Positions 9,197 to 20,353 of a DNA stretch of 64,000 bases are shown here, one piece after another. The stretch's first letter is position 1; every line of letters starts with the position of its first letter. The position numbers and the translations under genes are program-made. This stretch comes from Eubacteriales bacterium (GTDB lineage: Bacteria; Bacillota; Clostridia; Oscillospirales; CAG-382): NCBI GenBank assembly GCA_045600105.1, contig JAZRXG010000005.1:25939-89938 (forward strand), written 5' to 3'. The notes under the pieces were generated by a model. That model had not been told where the DNA came from and did no database searches. It saw only the letters and a program-made list of their open reading frames with translations.

Positions 9197-9316
9197 CGGG
9201 ACGCCGAGGACGCCGTCCCCTACAAAAAGCAGCGCCGCCGTTAATAAAAAGGATTTCCGCACGACACCGTGCGGAAATCCTTTCCTATTACGCTTAATGC
9301 TTAAGGCTTAATGCTT
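9197..9316. repeat. Mosaic intergenic repeat, copy 1 (modules A+B+C); module B doubles as the groEL terminator
   Basis: A = CGGGACGCCGAGGACGCCGTCCCCTACAAA (9197-9226). B = 15-bp hairpin AAAGGATTTCCGCAC/GTGCGGAAATCCTTT (9248-9283). C = GCTTAATGCTTAAGGCTTAATGCTT heptamer run (9292-9316). An inverted C-like copy lies at 9081-9100. Confidence 0.75.
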
Positions 9317-9319
9317 TTC

Positions 9320-11279
<1,960 letters not shown>

Positions 11280-11285
11280 CTATAT

Positions 11286-11314
11286 ATAATATAGTTTTTT
11301 GAGTCAAAAGTCAA
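11286..11314 (-). promoter_or_regulatory. Putative sigma-A promoter of groES-groEL
   Basis: On the minus strand: TTGACT (11314-11309), 17-nt spacer, TATTAT (11291-11286). No CIRCE-like inverted repeat was seen nearby. Confidence 0.4.
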
Positions 11315-11380
11315 TAGATATAATATTATATTTTATGTTATATTATGTGCCCAAAGCGGTCAAAATGTCGATTCCCGCGA

Positions 11381-12505
11381 TCAAACGCGCTTTTTGTAGA
11401 ACTGATAGAAGATGCACTTTATCATTCCGTTATAAAGCGTTCTCTTCTTGTCGGCTTTTCTGCCGAAGTTGCGCTCGAAGTTTTCGTCGGACGAAATGAA
11501 ATAGAGCTGCCACGACGGCACGCTTTTTTCAAGCGCTTCGCCGATTGCTTTCTCAAGCAGCGCCACCTCGCTCTTTTCCATCATTCTTTCGCCGTAGGGC
11601 GGATTGCATACGATGGTCCCCCTTGCGTCGGGAACGGGTGACGAAAACCTGCGGGCATCGGCAATGCCGAAATCCACCCAATCGGAAACCCCTGCGCGGA
11701 GCGCGTTATTACGCGCGATCTCGATCGAATCGGGGTCAATATCCAAGCCGAAGATGCCCATCGGCGGCGTGATTATCTTTGCCTTCGCCTCGTCACGGGC
11801 GTCGAAAAAGGCGCGTTTGCTGATGATGCCGTAGTCCTCAGCTGCAAAAGCGCGGTTGATGCCGGGCGCGGTATTCGACGCGAGCAGCGCCGCCTCGATA
11901 GGGATGGTACCGGAGCCGCACATCGGGTCGACGGTGATGACGTTCTCCCTCGGTCTTGATAGGCTTACCATTGCCGCGGCAAGCGTTTCGCGTATCGGGG
12001 CAAGGTTCGCCTCGGGGCGGTATCCGCGCTTGTGCAGCCCTTCGCCCGTTGTGTCGAGCATCACGCACGCCTCGTCGTTCATGATGAAGAACACTATCTG
12101 CTTTTTGACGCCGCTTTCGGGAAGCCGCTCGAGACCGTATTTTTCGCCGAGCCTCTTGCAGACCGCTTTTTTGATTATCGACTGGCAGTCGGGGATCGAG
12201 AACAGCTTTGACTTGACGGAGTGTCCTTTCACGGGGAACGCGTCATTTTTGCCGATGAAGCTCTCCCAGCTTATCGCCTTCGTGCCCTCGAACAGGTCGG
12301 TGAACGTGAGCGCCCTGAAGGACGCCAGCTTTATCATCACCCTTTCGCTGTAGCGGAAGTTGACGTTGCATCTGGCTATCGCCTCGGCGGGCGCCTCAAA
12401 CTCGACTCTGCCGTCGGTCGTTTCTATTCTTTTGTAACCGAGCGAGTCGATGTCCTCGCCCACTAATTTTTCGAGCCCGAAAAGACAGGTGGTGATGAAT
12501 CTCAT
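11381..12505 (-). CDS. THUMP-domain class I SAM-dependent RNA methyltransferase (RlmL/YpsC-like)
   Basis: 374 aa with an N-terminal THUMP-like region, SAM-binding DPMCGSGT and catalytic NPPYG motifs. Confidence 0.8.
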   Translation of the reverse strand: MRFITTCLFGLEKLVGEDIDSLGYKRIETTDGRVEFEAPAEAIARCNVNFRYSERVMIKLASFRALTFTDLFEGTKAISWESFIGKNDAFPVKGHSVKSKLFSIPDCQSIIKKAVCKRLGEKYGLERLPESGVKKQIVFFIMNDEACVMLDTTGEGLHKRGYRPEANLAPIRETLAAAMVSLSRPRENVITVDPMCGSGTIPIEAALLASNTAPGINRAFAAEDYGIISKRAFFDARDEAKAKIITPPMGIFGLDIDPDSIEIARNNALRAGVSDWVDFGIADARRFSSPVPDARGTIVCNPPYGERMMEKSEVALLEKAIGEALEKSVPSWQLYFISSDENFERNFGRKADKKRTLYNGMIKCIFYQFYKKRV

Positions 12506-12549
12506 AAAAGCATCCTTTTAATTTTTTTACAAATCGTTTTACACTTGCC

Positions 12550-12581
12550 AAAAAAGGGACCCGCTCAGTCGAGCGGGTCCG
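12550..12581 (-). terminator. Rho-independent terminator of hpf
   Basis: Minus strand: GGACCCGCTC-GACT-GAGCGGGTCCC followed by TTTTTT (A-run 12550-12555 on the plus strand). Confidence 0.75.
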
Positions 12582-12597
12582 ATAATGATTCAAAAGC

Positions 12598-13122
12598 TTA
12601 TTCGGCAGGGACGATCACACCGTAGTCGTTGTCGTTTTTTCTTTTATAGACAAGGTTGATCGCACCGGTTTCGGCATTTTTGAAAAGGAAGAATTCGTGG
12701 GACAGCATATTCATCTGGAGTATCGCCTCGTCCACGGTCATGGAGTCGAGCGTGAATTGCTTGACCTTTGAAATCTTGAAATCAGGTTCTTCTTCGTAAA
12801 GTGTATCTTCGACGGCAGTTATTGCCGGGATCTGCTTGCGTTTTTCGAGACGCGTACGGTTCTTTCTTATCTGTCTTTCAAGGACGTCCATTGCCGTATC
12901 GAGAGCGCAGAACGAATCGCGGTCAGTCTCCTCGGCTCTGAAAATCGTACCCTTGCCGTAAACGGTTATCTCAACACGTTCGCCGACCTTTTCTTCGTAG
13001 AGTGAGACGATCGCCTCCGCATCCTTATAGAAGAATTTGTCAAGCTTTGCAAGCTTTTTCTCGAATCTTGACTTTACGTCGTCGGTAAGGTTGAACTTGC
13101 GTGCGTTGAACTTGATTTTCAT
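12598..13122 (-). CDS. hpf: Ribosome hibernation-promoting factor, long form
   Basis: Track ORF trimmed to MKIKFNARKFNLTDDVK... (AAGGAGG RBS before 13122). Size is ~174 aa, with the long-HPF C-terminal dimerisation region. Confidence 0.9.
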   Translation of the reverse strand: MKIKFNARKFNLTDDVKSRFEKKLAKLDKFFYKDAEAIVSLYEEKVGERVEITVYGKGTIFRAEETDRDSFCALDTAMDVLERQIRKNRTRLEKRKQIPAITAVEDTLYEEEPDFKISKVKQFTLDSMTVDEAILQMNMLSHEFFLFKNAETGAINLVYKRKNDNDYGVIVPAE

Positions 13123-13251
13123 TATCGGTTCCTCCTTATTGATATTCGGCAAAAGGAATATTTCCCTCTTGTCGTAGTAATTATATCACATAAAGAGTGC
13201 TTTGTCAATGTGGATTTTGTATATATTTACCAATTATTTAAATATTTTTGC

Positions 13252-13287
13252 AATAAAAACAAAAATCGGTGTTAGCCGCAACACCGT
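13252..13287 (-). terminator. Rho-independent terminator of the S1-domain gene
   Basis: Minus strand: CGGTGTT-loop-AACACCG followed by ATTTTTGTTTTT. Confidence 0.55.
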
Positions 13288-13304
13288 TGATTGTCGAAAA
13301 AAGT

Positions 13305-13739
13305 CTAATGCTTGGCTCTCTTGGTATTTTTTCCGCGTTTACCGTCGTAGCCTTTTTTGATGTCGCTCATCTTATCTTCCGAGATGCTCTTGAAACGTGA
13401 CATCATGGATTCAAAGTTGACGTCGCCGCTCTTTTTGTCGGCATAAAAATCCGCGGGCGGTACGTTGACCGCGTTCTGCACGGGTTTCGGCGTCACCTTG
13501 GGCGCAAGTCGTTTCAGGGACAGAGTATATCTGCCGCTTTCATCGATTGAAATTACAGCCGCTTCGATCTCCTGCCCCTCTTTCAGGAAATCGTGTATAT
13601 CTCTTACGAAATCGTTTGATATTTCGGAGATATGTATAAGACCGCTTTTTGTTGTTTTCGGGTTCTGTTCGTCATTGACCGCTACGAACGCTCCGAAAGT
13701 AGTTATTTTGGTAACTTTACCCTTGACGACTTTATCCAA
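13305..13739 (-). CDS. yabR: S1 RNA-binding domain protein (YabR-like)
   Basis: 144 aa. VKGKVTKITTFGAFVAV...GLIHISEI is a canonical S1 domain. Position after divIC matches the B. subtilis yab cluster. Confidence 0.75.
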   Translation of the reverse strand: MDKVVKGKVTKITTFGAFVAVNDEQNPKTTKSGLIHISEISNDFVRDIHDFLKEGQEIEAAVISIDESGRYTLSLKRLAPKVTPKPVQNAVNVPPADFYADKKSGDVNFESMMSRFKSISEDKMSDIKKGYDGKRGKNTKRAKH

Positions 13740-13758
13740 GTTTACGCTCCCTTGCTTT

Positions 13759-14040
13759 TCAGTTCGCCAAATCGTTGTAAAAGATGATGTCGCCCTCGTT
13801 ATAATATCCGAGCTGATCGCGCACTACCCTTTGAATGTATTCATCGGTAACGGGAGCGTCCAGACGGACGTTGGTTTCGTCGATCTCATCTTTGATCTTT
13901 TCGATTTGATTTATTACTTTTTCTTTATTTTTTCTGAGTTCGTTCAGCTCAAGCTGAACGCGGATGACAGCAAAAACCAGCAGGCAGAGAAGCCCGATTA
14001 TCGTCAGCTTGACTATGAAATTGGTGTTGGTCCTTTGCAT
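13759..14040 (-). CDS. divIC: Septum formation initiator (FtsB/DivIC family)
   Basis: 93 aa with an N-terminal TM, a coiled-coil segment and a DQLGYYNEGDIIF tail. Lies in the yabQ-divIC-yabR order. Confidence 0.75.
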   Translation of the reverse strand: MQRTNTNFIVKLTIIGLLCLLVFAVIRVQLELNELRKNKEKVINQIEKIKDEIDETNVRLDAPVTDEYIQRVVRDQLGYYNEGDIIFYNDLAN

Positions 14041-14525
14041 TGTCGGTTTTCGCTCCTTTCGGCTTTGTGACTTTTGTTTTTTGCTTTTTGCGTTTTTTCA
14101 AATCCGTTCGCCGCCGATGATATCATCCTGCGGCAGGCGGCGTATGAATAAATCCTTTTGCGGTATTTATCGATTTTTCGCAGCGTTTTCGTTCTGATGA
14201 CGCCGAAAGCGCGTGAAAAAAGCGACCTGATGAACGCGGATACGCGTCCGGTGACCCTGCCGAGCGTGAAAAAATACGCGGCAAAGCCGATGCCCGATGT
14301 GAGCAGCGCGTAAGCGCGTATCCTGCCGTGCGAGTAGTTAAAAAACAGCACGCACATAAGGCAGGAATAATAAACGCAGAACACGACGTCCGTTATGAAG
14401 AGGAACACCCTGCCTTTGAAAAACGCCCTTATCAGCCGGAACGCGTCATAGACCGCTCCGCTGAAAAGCCCCGCCGCAAGTGAACAGAAGAACAGAAGAT
14501 TATGAGAAACGTAATCGATCTCCAT
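14013..14525 (-). CDS. yabQ: Spore cortex biosynthesis protein YabQ
   Basis: 170-aa membrane protein, GAVYDAFRLIR motif, directly after yabP. Confidence 0.7.
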   Translation of the reverse strand: MEIDYVSHNLLFFCSLAAGLFSGAVYDAFRLIRAFFKGRVFLFITDVVFCVYYSCLMCVLFFNYSHGRIRAYALLTSGIGFAAYFFTLGRVTGRVSAFIRSLFSRAFGVIRTKTLRKIDKYRKRIYSYAACRRMISSAANGFEKTQKAKNKSHKAERSENRQCKGPTPIS

Positions 14526-14531
14526 AACGCG

Positions 14532-14798
14532 TCACTTGAGAAAACGTGAAAGCACGCCCTTTTTCTGTTTTTCTTCGACGTAGGCGATACAATCGATCCT
14601 GCCTTTTACGACCGCGTCGCCGGTTTCGAGCGCCAGGTGCGTGACACCGAGCCCGCTCCCCGACACGGTCAGCGTGCTTTCGCCGAGTGAAAAGATCACC
14701 AGCTTCTCGTCGAATCCGACGAGGTCGCGCACTCCGCTCACCGTCAGGTTTTCGCGGTCTTCAAGGTTCAGAACGTGTTTTTTTGCAATATCCGCCAT
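14532..14798 (-). CDS. yabP: Sporulation protein YabP
   Basis: 88 aa; LNLEDRENLTVSGVRDLVGFDEKLVIFSL...LTVSGSGL repeat-like pattern typical of YabP. Confidence 0.8.
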   Translation of the reverse strand: MADIAKKHVLNLEDRENLTVSGVRDLVGFDEKLVIFSLGESTLTVSGSGLGVTHLALETGDAVVKGRIDCIAYVEEKQKKGVLSRFLK

Positions 14799-14861
14799 AG
14801 CAATGCCGCCTTTTCATTTTTCTGTAAACAGAATATGAAAGCGGTATGCGTAATATTACTT

Positions 14862-15104
14862 TTATTCGACTACCTCGTACATTTCGGCGGCTTTTTCTTT
14901 GGACTGGGTTTCAAGTATCTGCTTTACGCGGAACGACGCGGTGCGCGTCCCGTAAGCAACGGTGATGATGTCGCCCTCCTTTACGTTATAAGAGGCCTTT
15001 GCGACTTTGCCGTTGACGGTGATATACTCGCTTTCGCATGAGGCAGCCGCCACGGTACGTCTTTTGATTATTCTTGATACTTTAAGAAATTTATCGAGTC
15101 GCAT
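14862..15104 (-). CDS. yabO: S4-domain RNA-binding protein (YabO/Hsp15-like)
   Basis: 80 aa, MRLDKFLKVSRIIKRRTVA S4 motif. Confidence 0.8.
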   Translation of the reverse strand: MRLDKFLKVSRIIKRRTVAAASCESEYITVNGKVAKASYNVKEGDIITVAYGTRTASFRVKQILETQSKEKAAEMYEVVE

Positions 15105-15166
15105 AAGACCTCTCCGTAAAAGAAACTGCGTTTTTCAAAACGCGGAATACACCGCGTGCTGCCGTT

Positions 15167-15442
15167 TTAGCCGTTGATGGCGTCCTTGAGGCCTTTGCCT
15201 GCGATGAAAACGGGAGCCTTGGAGGAAGGGATCTTGATCTCTTCGAGAGTCTTGGGATTTCTGCCGATTCTTTCGCTTCTTTCCTTTACCTTAAAGGAAC
15301 CGAAACCGGCGATCTGAACCTTTTCACCGTCAGCAAGATCTTTTTCGATAGCGGAGAATACTGCGTTGACGGCAGCTTCTGCGTCCTTCTTTTTGAGGTT
15401 GGCTTTTTCGGCTACGATTTCGATGAGATTTGTTTTGTTCAT
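15167..15442 (-). CDS. hup: DNA-binding protein HU
   Basis: 91 aa, full-length HU/IHF signature ([20 protein letters not shown]). Confidence 0.95.
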   Translation of the reverse strand: MNKTNLIEIVAEKANLKKKDAEAAVNAVFSAIEKDLADGEKVQIAGFGSFKVKERSERIGRNPKTLEEIKIPSSKAPVFIAGKGLKDAING

Positions 15443-15475
15443 TTCAATGAACTCCTTTCAATTTGATTCCTGCAA

Positions 15476-15504
15476 ATTATATCACATCATAAAGTTTTTT
15501 GCAA
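15476..15504 (-). promoter_or_regulatory. Putative sigma-A promoter of hup
   Basis: Minus strand: TTGCAA (15504-15499), 17-nt spacer, TGATATAAT extended -10 (TATAAT 15481-15476), ~30 nt before the RBS AAAGGAG. Confidence 0.5.
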
Positions 15505-15578
15505 TGGTAAATTTGCATTTTTTTGCAAAAAAGTCTTTATTTTTCAATGATTTTCGGTTTTTCGCCTCGGTGACGCCG

Positions 15579-16298
15579 TCAATAATCGATATCTTCGATT
15601 TTTTTGTCATTTTCTTTTTCGCGAAGAACCGTTTCAAGCGAATTTATCTGCTTCGTCAGCTCTTCTTCGGCGTCGTTTTCGTTGCTTTGCATAAGCGACA
15701 CGACGTCAAGCAGCAGCTTTGAAGCCGTTTCTTTATCGTAAGACGCGGCAAGAGAAGCGGCGTTTTCGGCTATCCTCGACGCGACCTTCGATCCGTCGTA
15801 GGTCATACCCGCTTTTTTCGCCTTGTTTATCAGCTTTGACGCGCGCATCAGCGCCGGAAGGGACGGCGGTATGCCGTCGAGCGACGACTTGCGCTTGTCC
15901 TTTTTGGTGGCGGCCTTGACCGCTTCCCAGCTGAGCAGCGCCTTTTCGGGCGTGTCGGCGTCAACGTCGGCAAAGACGTGCGGATGGCGGACGACGAGCT
16001 TGCGCGACACTTCGTCCACGACATCGTCGATATCGAATCTTTCTTCTTCCTTAGCTATCTCGGAGTGAAGCATCACCTGCATCAGCAGGTCGCCGAGCTC
16101 TTCGCGCATGAGAGAGGTATCGTCGGTGTCTATCGCTTCGCAGACCTCGTAGGTCTCCTCGATGAGGTTCTTGCGTATCGACGTATGCGTCTGCGCTTTG
16201 TCCCACGGGCAGCCGTTTTCGCTTCTGAGCACCGTGATGATGCCCGTCAGATCGTCGAAGGTGTATTTTTCTTTTCCTATATAATCTTTAACGTCCAT
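15579..16298 (-). CDS. mazG: MazG-family nucleoside triphosphate pyrophosphohydrolase
   Basis: 239 aa with tandem MazG-type EEXXE motifs (LIEETYEVCEAI; EELGDLL). Occupies the yabN position but lacks the N-terminal methylase-like domain of B. subtilis YabN. Confidence 0.8.
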   Translation of the reverse strand: MDVKDYIGKEKYTFDDLTGIITVLRSENGCPWDKAQTHTSIRKNLIEETYEVCEAIDTDDTSLMREELGDLLMQVMLHSEIAKEEERFDIDDVVDEVSRKLVVRHPHVFADVDADTPEKALLSWEAVKAATKKDKRKSSLDGIPPSLPALMRASKLINKAKKAGMTYDGSKVASRIAENAASLAASYDKETASKLLLDVVSLMQSNENDAEEELTKQINSLETVLREKENDKKIEDIDY

Positions 16299-16299
16299 T

Positions 16300-17961
16300 T
16301 CAGTCCTCTTTTATGAATCCCTTGCGGACAAGGAACGCGCAGAGCGTTCTTCCCTTGGGGAGTATGCGTACTTCTTCCGCGGTTATGCCCTTGACCGCGA
16401 TCAGGCTGACCGCGTACACGACCACTCCGACGGCACCCGCCGCGCAGAGTATCACCAGCGCCGCCAGGCGCGATTCGCCGAGTACGGCATTGCCGAGCAG
16501 CACGACGAGATAGGCGGCTCCTCCGCAAAGCAGCGAACATATAAACGGCTTTGCGAATATCGAAAGAAGCGACGAGGTAAGATATTTATACTTTTTGAGA
16601 AAAAACAGGTTCATCGAGAGCGCCACGATATAGCAGAGCACCGAAGCGATCGGGGCACCGTAGATGCCGATGCTCTTTATCCTTACGAGCACTATCTCGG
16701 CAGCGGTCAGCACGACGACTCCGCAGAACACGGAAATGGTCGGCAGATATGATTTTTTGACCGCGGGAAGGATCGAGTTGGTGGTCGAAAGCACCGAGAT
16801 GAAGATTATTCCGATGGCAAGTATGCGCACTCCTCCGGTCGCGACGTCTATCGGCGTGCCGGTGGCTTCGGTCCACACCATATTCTTTCCCCAATCAGAC
16901 GTATAGAGCAGAACGAGCGCCTGACGCGCCACGGCGAACAGACCGAACGCGCAGGGCAGCCCGATTATCGCCGAAATGCGTATGGACGAATGTATGTAAT
17001 TCTTTGCTTTTTTCACATTCTTCGCGGCGAGCGACGCGGAAATGGCGGGAAGGATGGAGATCGCTATGGGGAACACGAGCGTCGACGGCAGCAGATCGGA
17101 AATGGAAAGCGACAGCGTCGAATAGGACGTGTAGAGCATTTTGGCGGTTTCTTCGGCAACTCCCGAGCTGATGAGCGCCTTTTTGATGACTATGGTATCA
17201 AGGAAGCTCGACAGATAAAGCAGCGACGACGTGAGGGTGACGGGGATGGCGACCTTGATTATGGTGCCGACTATCCAACCGTACTCGTTGGTCGGTGTTT
17301 CGATGCCCGTTCTTTCTTTCTTTTCAAAGAAATATTTCCAGACCGCCGTGAATATGAGCGCAAGCACCATGCCGATGGTTATGCCCGATACGGCGTAAGC
17401 CGCCTGAAGAGCGGGAGAAAGGTGATGGCTTACCGCGTAGGACGCGGCTGCCACGCCGATGATGAACTTGAACGCCACCTCGATGAGCTGACCGTAGGCG
17501 GTGGGCTGCATGATGTGATGTCCCTGAAAGTATCCGCGAAGCGCCCCGAGAAGGCACACGAGGAACAGCGACGGAGATATCATGCGCATCGCCGCGGCAG
17601 CGTCGGCGTGCTCGGAATATTTTGCTATCGCGTCGGCGCCGAAGAACATTATCGCCGTGCAGACAAGGCCTATTATACCGTATACGGCGATGCCCGCCTT
17701 GAAAATGCGGTCGACTTCGGTCTTTCTGCCTCTTTCATGCGAGGAAGCGACCATGCGCGATATCGCCACGGGAACGCCCGCGTTTGAGATCATATAAAGC
17801 ATGGCGTACACCGAATACGCCGCGGTGAACATTTCCATGTTTTCCTGCAGCATATTTGCCATCGGTATGCGGAACGCCACGCCGATTATCTTTACGATAA
17901 GATTGGAAACGGAGATTATCAGCGCTTCCGTAAGAAACGAACCGGTTTGTTTTTCCTTCAT
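16300..17961 (-). CDS. MOP-superfamily flippase (YabM/SpoVB-like)
   Basis: 553-aa polytopic membrane protein and paralogue of 2460..4022. Its position matches yabM of the B. subtilis yabM-yabN-yabO-yabP-yabQ-divIC-yabR cluster. Confidence 0.7.
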   Translation of the reverse strand: MKEKQTGSFLTEALIISVSNLIVKIIGVAFRIPMANMLQENMEMFTAAYSVYAMLYMISNAGVPVAISRMVASSHERGRKTEVDRIFKAGIAVYGIIGLVCTAIMFFGADAIAKYSEHADAAAAMRMISPSLFLVCLLGALRGYFQGHHIMQPTAYGQLIEVAFKFIIGVAAASYAVSHHLSPALQAAYAVSGITIGMVLALIFTAVWKYFFEKKERTGIETPTNEYGWIVGTIIKVAIPVTLTSSLLYLSSFLDTIVIKKALISSGVAEETAKMLYTSYSTLSLSISDLLPSTLVFPIAISILPAISASLAAKNVKKAKNYIHSSIRISAIIGLPCAFGLFAVARQALVLLYTSDWGKNMVWTEATGTPIDVATGGVRILAIGIIFISVLSTTNSILPAVKKSYLPTISVFCGVVVLTAAEIVLVRIKSIGIYGAPIASVLCYIVALSMNLFFLKKYKYLTSSLLSIFAKPFICSLLCGGAAYLVVLLGNAVLGESRLAALVILCAAGAVGVVVYAVSLIAVKGITAEEVRILPKGRTLCAFLVRKGFIKED

Positions 17962-18004
17962 TTTAAGTGTCCTGTTTTATGTGTCCTTAAGTATGATCGG
18001 GCTT

Positions 18005-18886
18005 TCAGCCTATGAATTCGCGGAGAAGCGATTTCTTGGGGATGACGCATTTCGCGACCGCGTCGGTCTGTTCGAGCAGTTCCTTTATCACGAGGAGCTC
18101 ATCGTAGTGCGGAGTCCCTTTTCTGACGGTATCGACCATCGCGAGTCCTTCTTTTCTGAAAGCGCCGAGCTCGTAGCCGAAATAGGTGTCGACCACCGAA
18201 TCGGCAAGCGAAACGTAGGGTCTGATATACAGTTCCTCGCCCCGCTTGACGTCGCTCCACATACCGAGAGTAAGCTCGGCGGACGCGCTGCGGAATTTCA
18301 TATCGCGAATGATGCGGCGGAGCATCTTGGGGTCATATCTGTCGTCCTCGCACTGCAGATAAATGCGGTGGGCGTTCGGCAGGTCTCCGACGACCTCGGG
18401 ATTGAGCGCGTGGAGCCCCTCGACCACTATGAAGGTGTCGTCGTCGGGAGCGAAAAAGTTGCCGTTCTCTACCCTTTTGCGCACTCCGAAATCGAAACGC
18501 GGAAAACGCACGGGCTTTCCTTCGGCGATATCGGCAAGCGTCTTGCGTATGAGCGGTATCTCAAGCGATTCCGGCGTTTCGAAATCAGGCTTTCCGTCAC
18601 GCATTATCACCTTGACGGACGAATCGTAATAGAAATCGTCGAGCGACACGGTCTCGGACTTTTTGCCGTGGCTTTCGAGGGCGGCGTCTATCCGAAGCGA
18701 CGTGGTGGTCTTGCCCGAGCTCGACGCTCCCGCGAGCAGGATGAACTTTTTGTTGTTCTTTATCGCGGCGTCGACCGCTTCGGCGACGGCGTCGTCGTAG
18801 GCTTTTTCACATTCGGCAATGTATTTTTTGATGTTTTTCAAGGCTTTTCTCCTGTCAAATAACGTATTCGGGCGGTTTTCCCGCAA
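18005..18886 (-). CDS. P-loop nucleoside kinase-like protein (uridine kinase/PRK family)
   Basis: 293 aa, Walker A GASSSGKTT, overall resemblance to Udk-like kinases. Confidence 0.5.
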   Translation of the reverse strand: MRENRPNTLFDRRKALKNIKKYIAECEKAYDDAVAEAVDAAIKNNKKFILLAGASSSGKTTTSLRIDAALESHGKKSETVSLDDFYYDSSVKVIMRDGKPDFETPESLEIPLIRKTLADIAEGKPVRFPRFDFGVRKRVENGNFFAPDDDTFIVVEGLHALNPEVVGDLPNAHRIYLQCEDDRYDPKMLRRIIRDMKFRSASAELTLGMWSDVKRGEELYIRPYVSLADSVVDTYFGYELGAFRKEGLAMVDTVRKGTPHYDELLVIKELLEQTDAVAKCVIPKKSLLREFIG

Positions 18887-20353
18887 TTATCTGAAAAACT
18901 CTTTGACCTGTTCTTCACCGACGCCGCCTTCGCGTTCGAGGTATTCGTACGGATATTTGGCAAAAGCGATGCGGCTTATGCGTTCTCCGTCGGGCGACAC
19001 GAGCTTGGTGATGGCGCCCGCTCCGCAGGCAAATACGGTGGACGATTCCTCCATCATCATCACGTTGTAAATGCTTTCGTGTCCGGGCTTCGAGAAGCCG
19101 GTGTTTTCGCCGTTGCCGACGGTACGCTTCTGACGGTAGAGATAATAGGGTCTGTATCCGTGTTCGCCGAGCGTCCTGCCCGCGTAGGACACACATTCCC
19201 TGCCGAGTCTGCCTTCGGCGTCGAAGGCGTTTTCCTCGTTCTTTATCTCGGAAGCGTTCTTTATCGAAAGCGTGTGGACGGTTATGTTCTCGAAACCGAT
19301 TCCGATGACGTCGGAAAGCGTCTTTGAGAACGTTTCCATCGTGTCCTTCGGAAGTCCGGCGATAAGGTCGGTGTTTACGGTGGCAAAGCCCGCCTTCATC
19401 GCGAGGTCGGCGGCGTCATAGAACTGTTCGACGGTGTGCTTTCTGCCGATGGCGTCAAGCACCTCCTGGCAGGTCGACTGCGGATTGACCGAGATGCGGT
19501 CTACCCCGCCCGCCTTTATTATATTCAGTTTTTCGCTCGTCAATGTATCCGGTCTGCCGCCCTCGAACGAAAATTCACGCACGTTCTGCATGGGGATATT
19601 GCGTTCTATCGCGCGGAATATCCTGCAGAGCTGTTCTTCGGTGAGGAACGACGGAGTGCCGCCGCCAATGTAAAGCGCGATCGGATCGAATCCGTTTTCC
19701 TTTATCATTTTTCCCGTCTTTTCGATGTCGCGGCAGAGACGGTCAACGTAGGCGGGGATCAGGTCGAACAGTTTTTTGTTCGAATACGACACGAACGAGC
19801 AATAATCGCACCTTGTCGGGCAGAACGGTATCGAAAAATAGACGCCGCAGTGCTCGGGACGAAGGGTCGAAAGCATATTTATCTCGCACCTCGCGGTGTC
19901 GATGGAAAGGTTCGTTTTTTCGGTGCTGACGTTATAGTCGTTCTCGAAAAGACGTCTGACGTTCGCCTCGTGGAATCCGCGCTCGAGATAGAATCTTGCC
20001 CTTTTTACGGGACGGAGTCCGGTAAGGTAGCCCCAGGGCGGAACAAAGCCGAAAAGGCTTTCGCCCGCTTCGAGCATCGCTTTGCCGGTGATGGCGGCGC
20101 AGATGCTTTCGTTGTCGGTGGGGATGGTGAAAACGACGTCTTTTTCGGCGCATTTGCCGTGAGCGGAACCGTAAGGCGCGTAAAGATGCGCTTCGGCGTA
20201 GTAGCCGTCTTCCCTCTTTTCAAGCAGGAAATCGGCTTTCAGAAGCGAGCTGTCGTTTTCGGGGAACTTTGCCTCGGGAAAATAGAGCAGGCAAAGCGAC
20301 TGAAAATGATAATTGTTGAGATACGGTGTTTTGTTGTCGACGATAACTTTCAT
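18887..20353 (-). CDS. Radical SAM coproporphyrinogen-dehydrogenase-like protein (HemZ/HemN family)
   Basis: 488 aa, CPTRCDYCSF (CX3CX2C) cluster motif, HemN-like C-terminal region. Confidence 0.7.
   Translation of the reverse strand: MKVIVDNKTPYLNNYHFQSLCLLYFPEAKFPENDSSLLKADFLLEKREDGYYAEAHLYAPYGSAHGKCAEKDVVFTIPTDNESICAAITGKAMLEAGESLFGFVPPWGYLTGLRPVKRARFYLERGFHEANVRRLFENDYNVSTEKTNLSIDTARCEINMLSTLRPEHCGVYFSIPFCPTRCDYCSFVSYSNKKLFDLIPAYVDRLCRDIEKTGKMIKENGFDPIALYIGGGTPSFLTEEQLCRIFRAIERNIPMQNVREFSFEGGRPDTLTSEKLNIIKAGGVDRISVNPQSTCQEVLDAIGRKHTVEQFYDAADLAMKAGFATVNTDLIAGLPKDTMETFSKTLSDVIGIGFENITVHTLSIKNASEIKNEENAFDAEGRLGRECVSYAGRTLGEHGYRPYYLYRQKRTVGNGENTGFSKPGHESIYNVMMMEESSTVFACGAGAITKLVSPDGERISRIAFAKYPYEYLEREGGVGEEQVKEFFR

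Noticed and set aside
9102-9311. 69-aa plus-strand ORF across the SBP/groEL intergenic region
   Set aside because: It is composed entirely of terminator hairpins and repeat modules, so it is not coding.
12396-12593. 65-aa minus-strand ORF between hpf and the THUMP methyltransferase gene
   Set aside because: It overlaps the hpf terminator hairpin and the 5' end of the methyltransferase gene out of frame.
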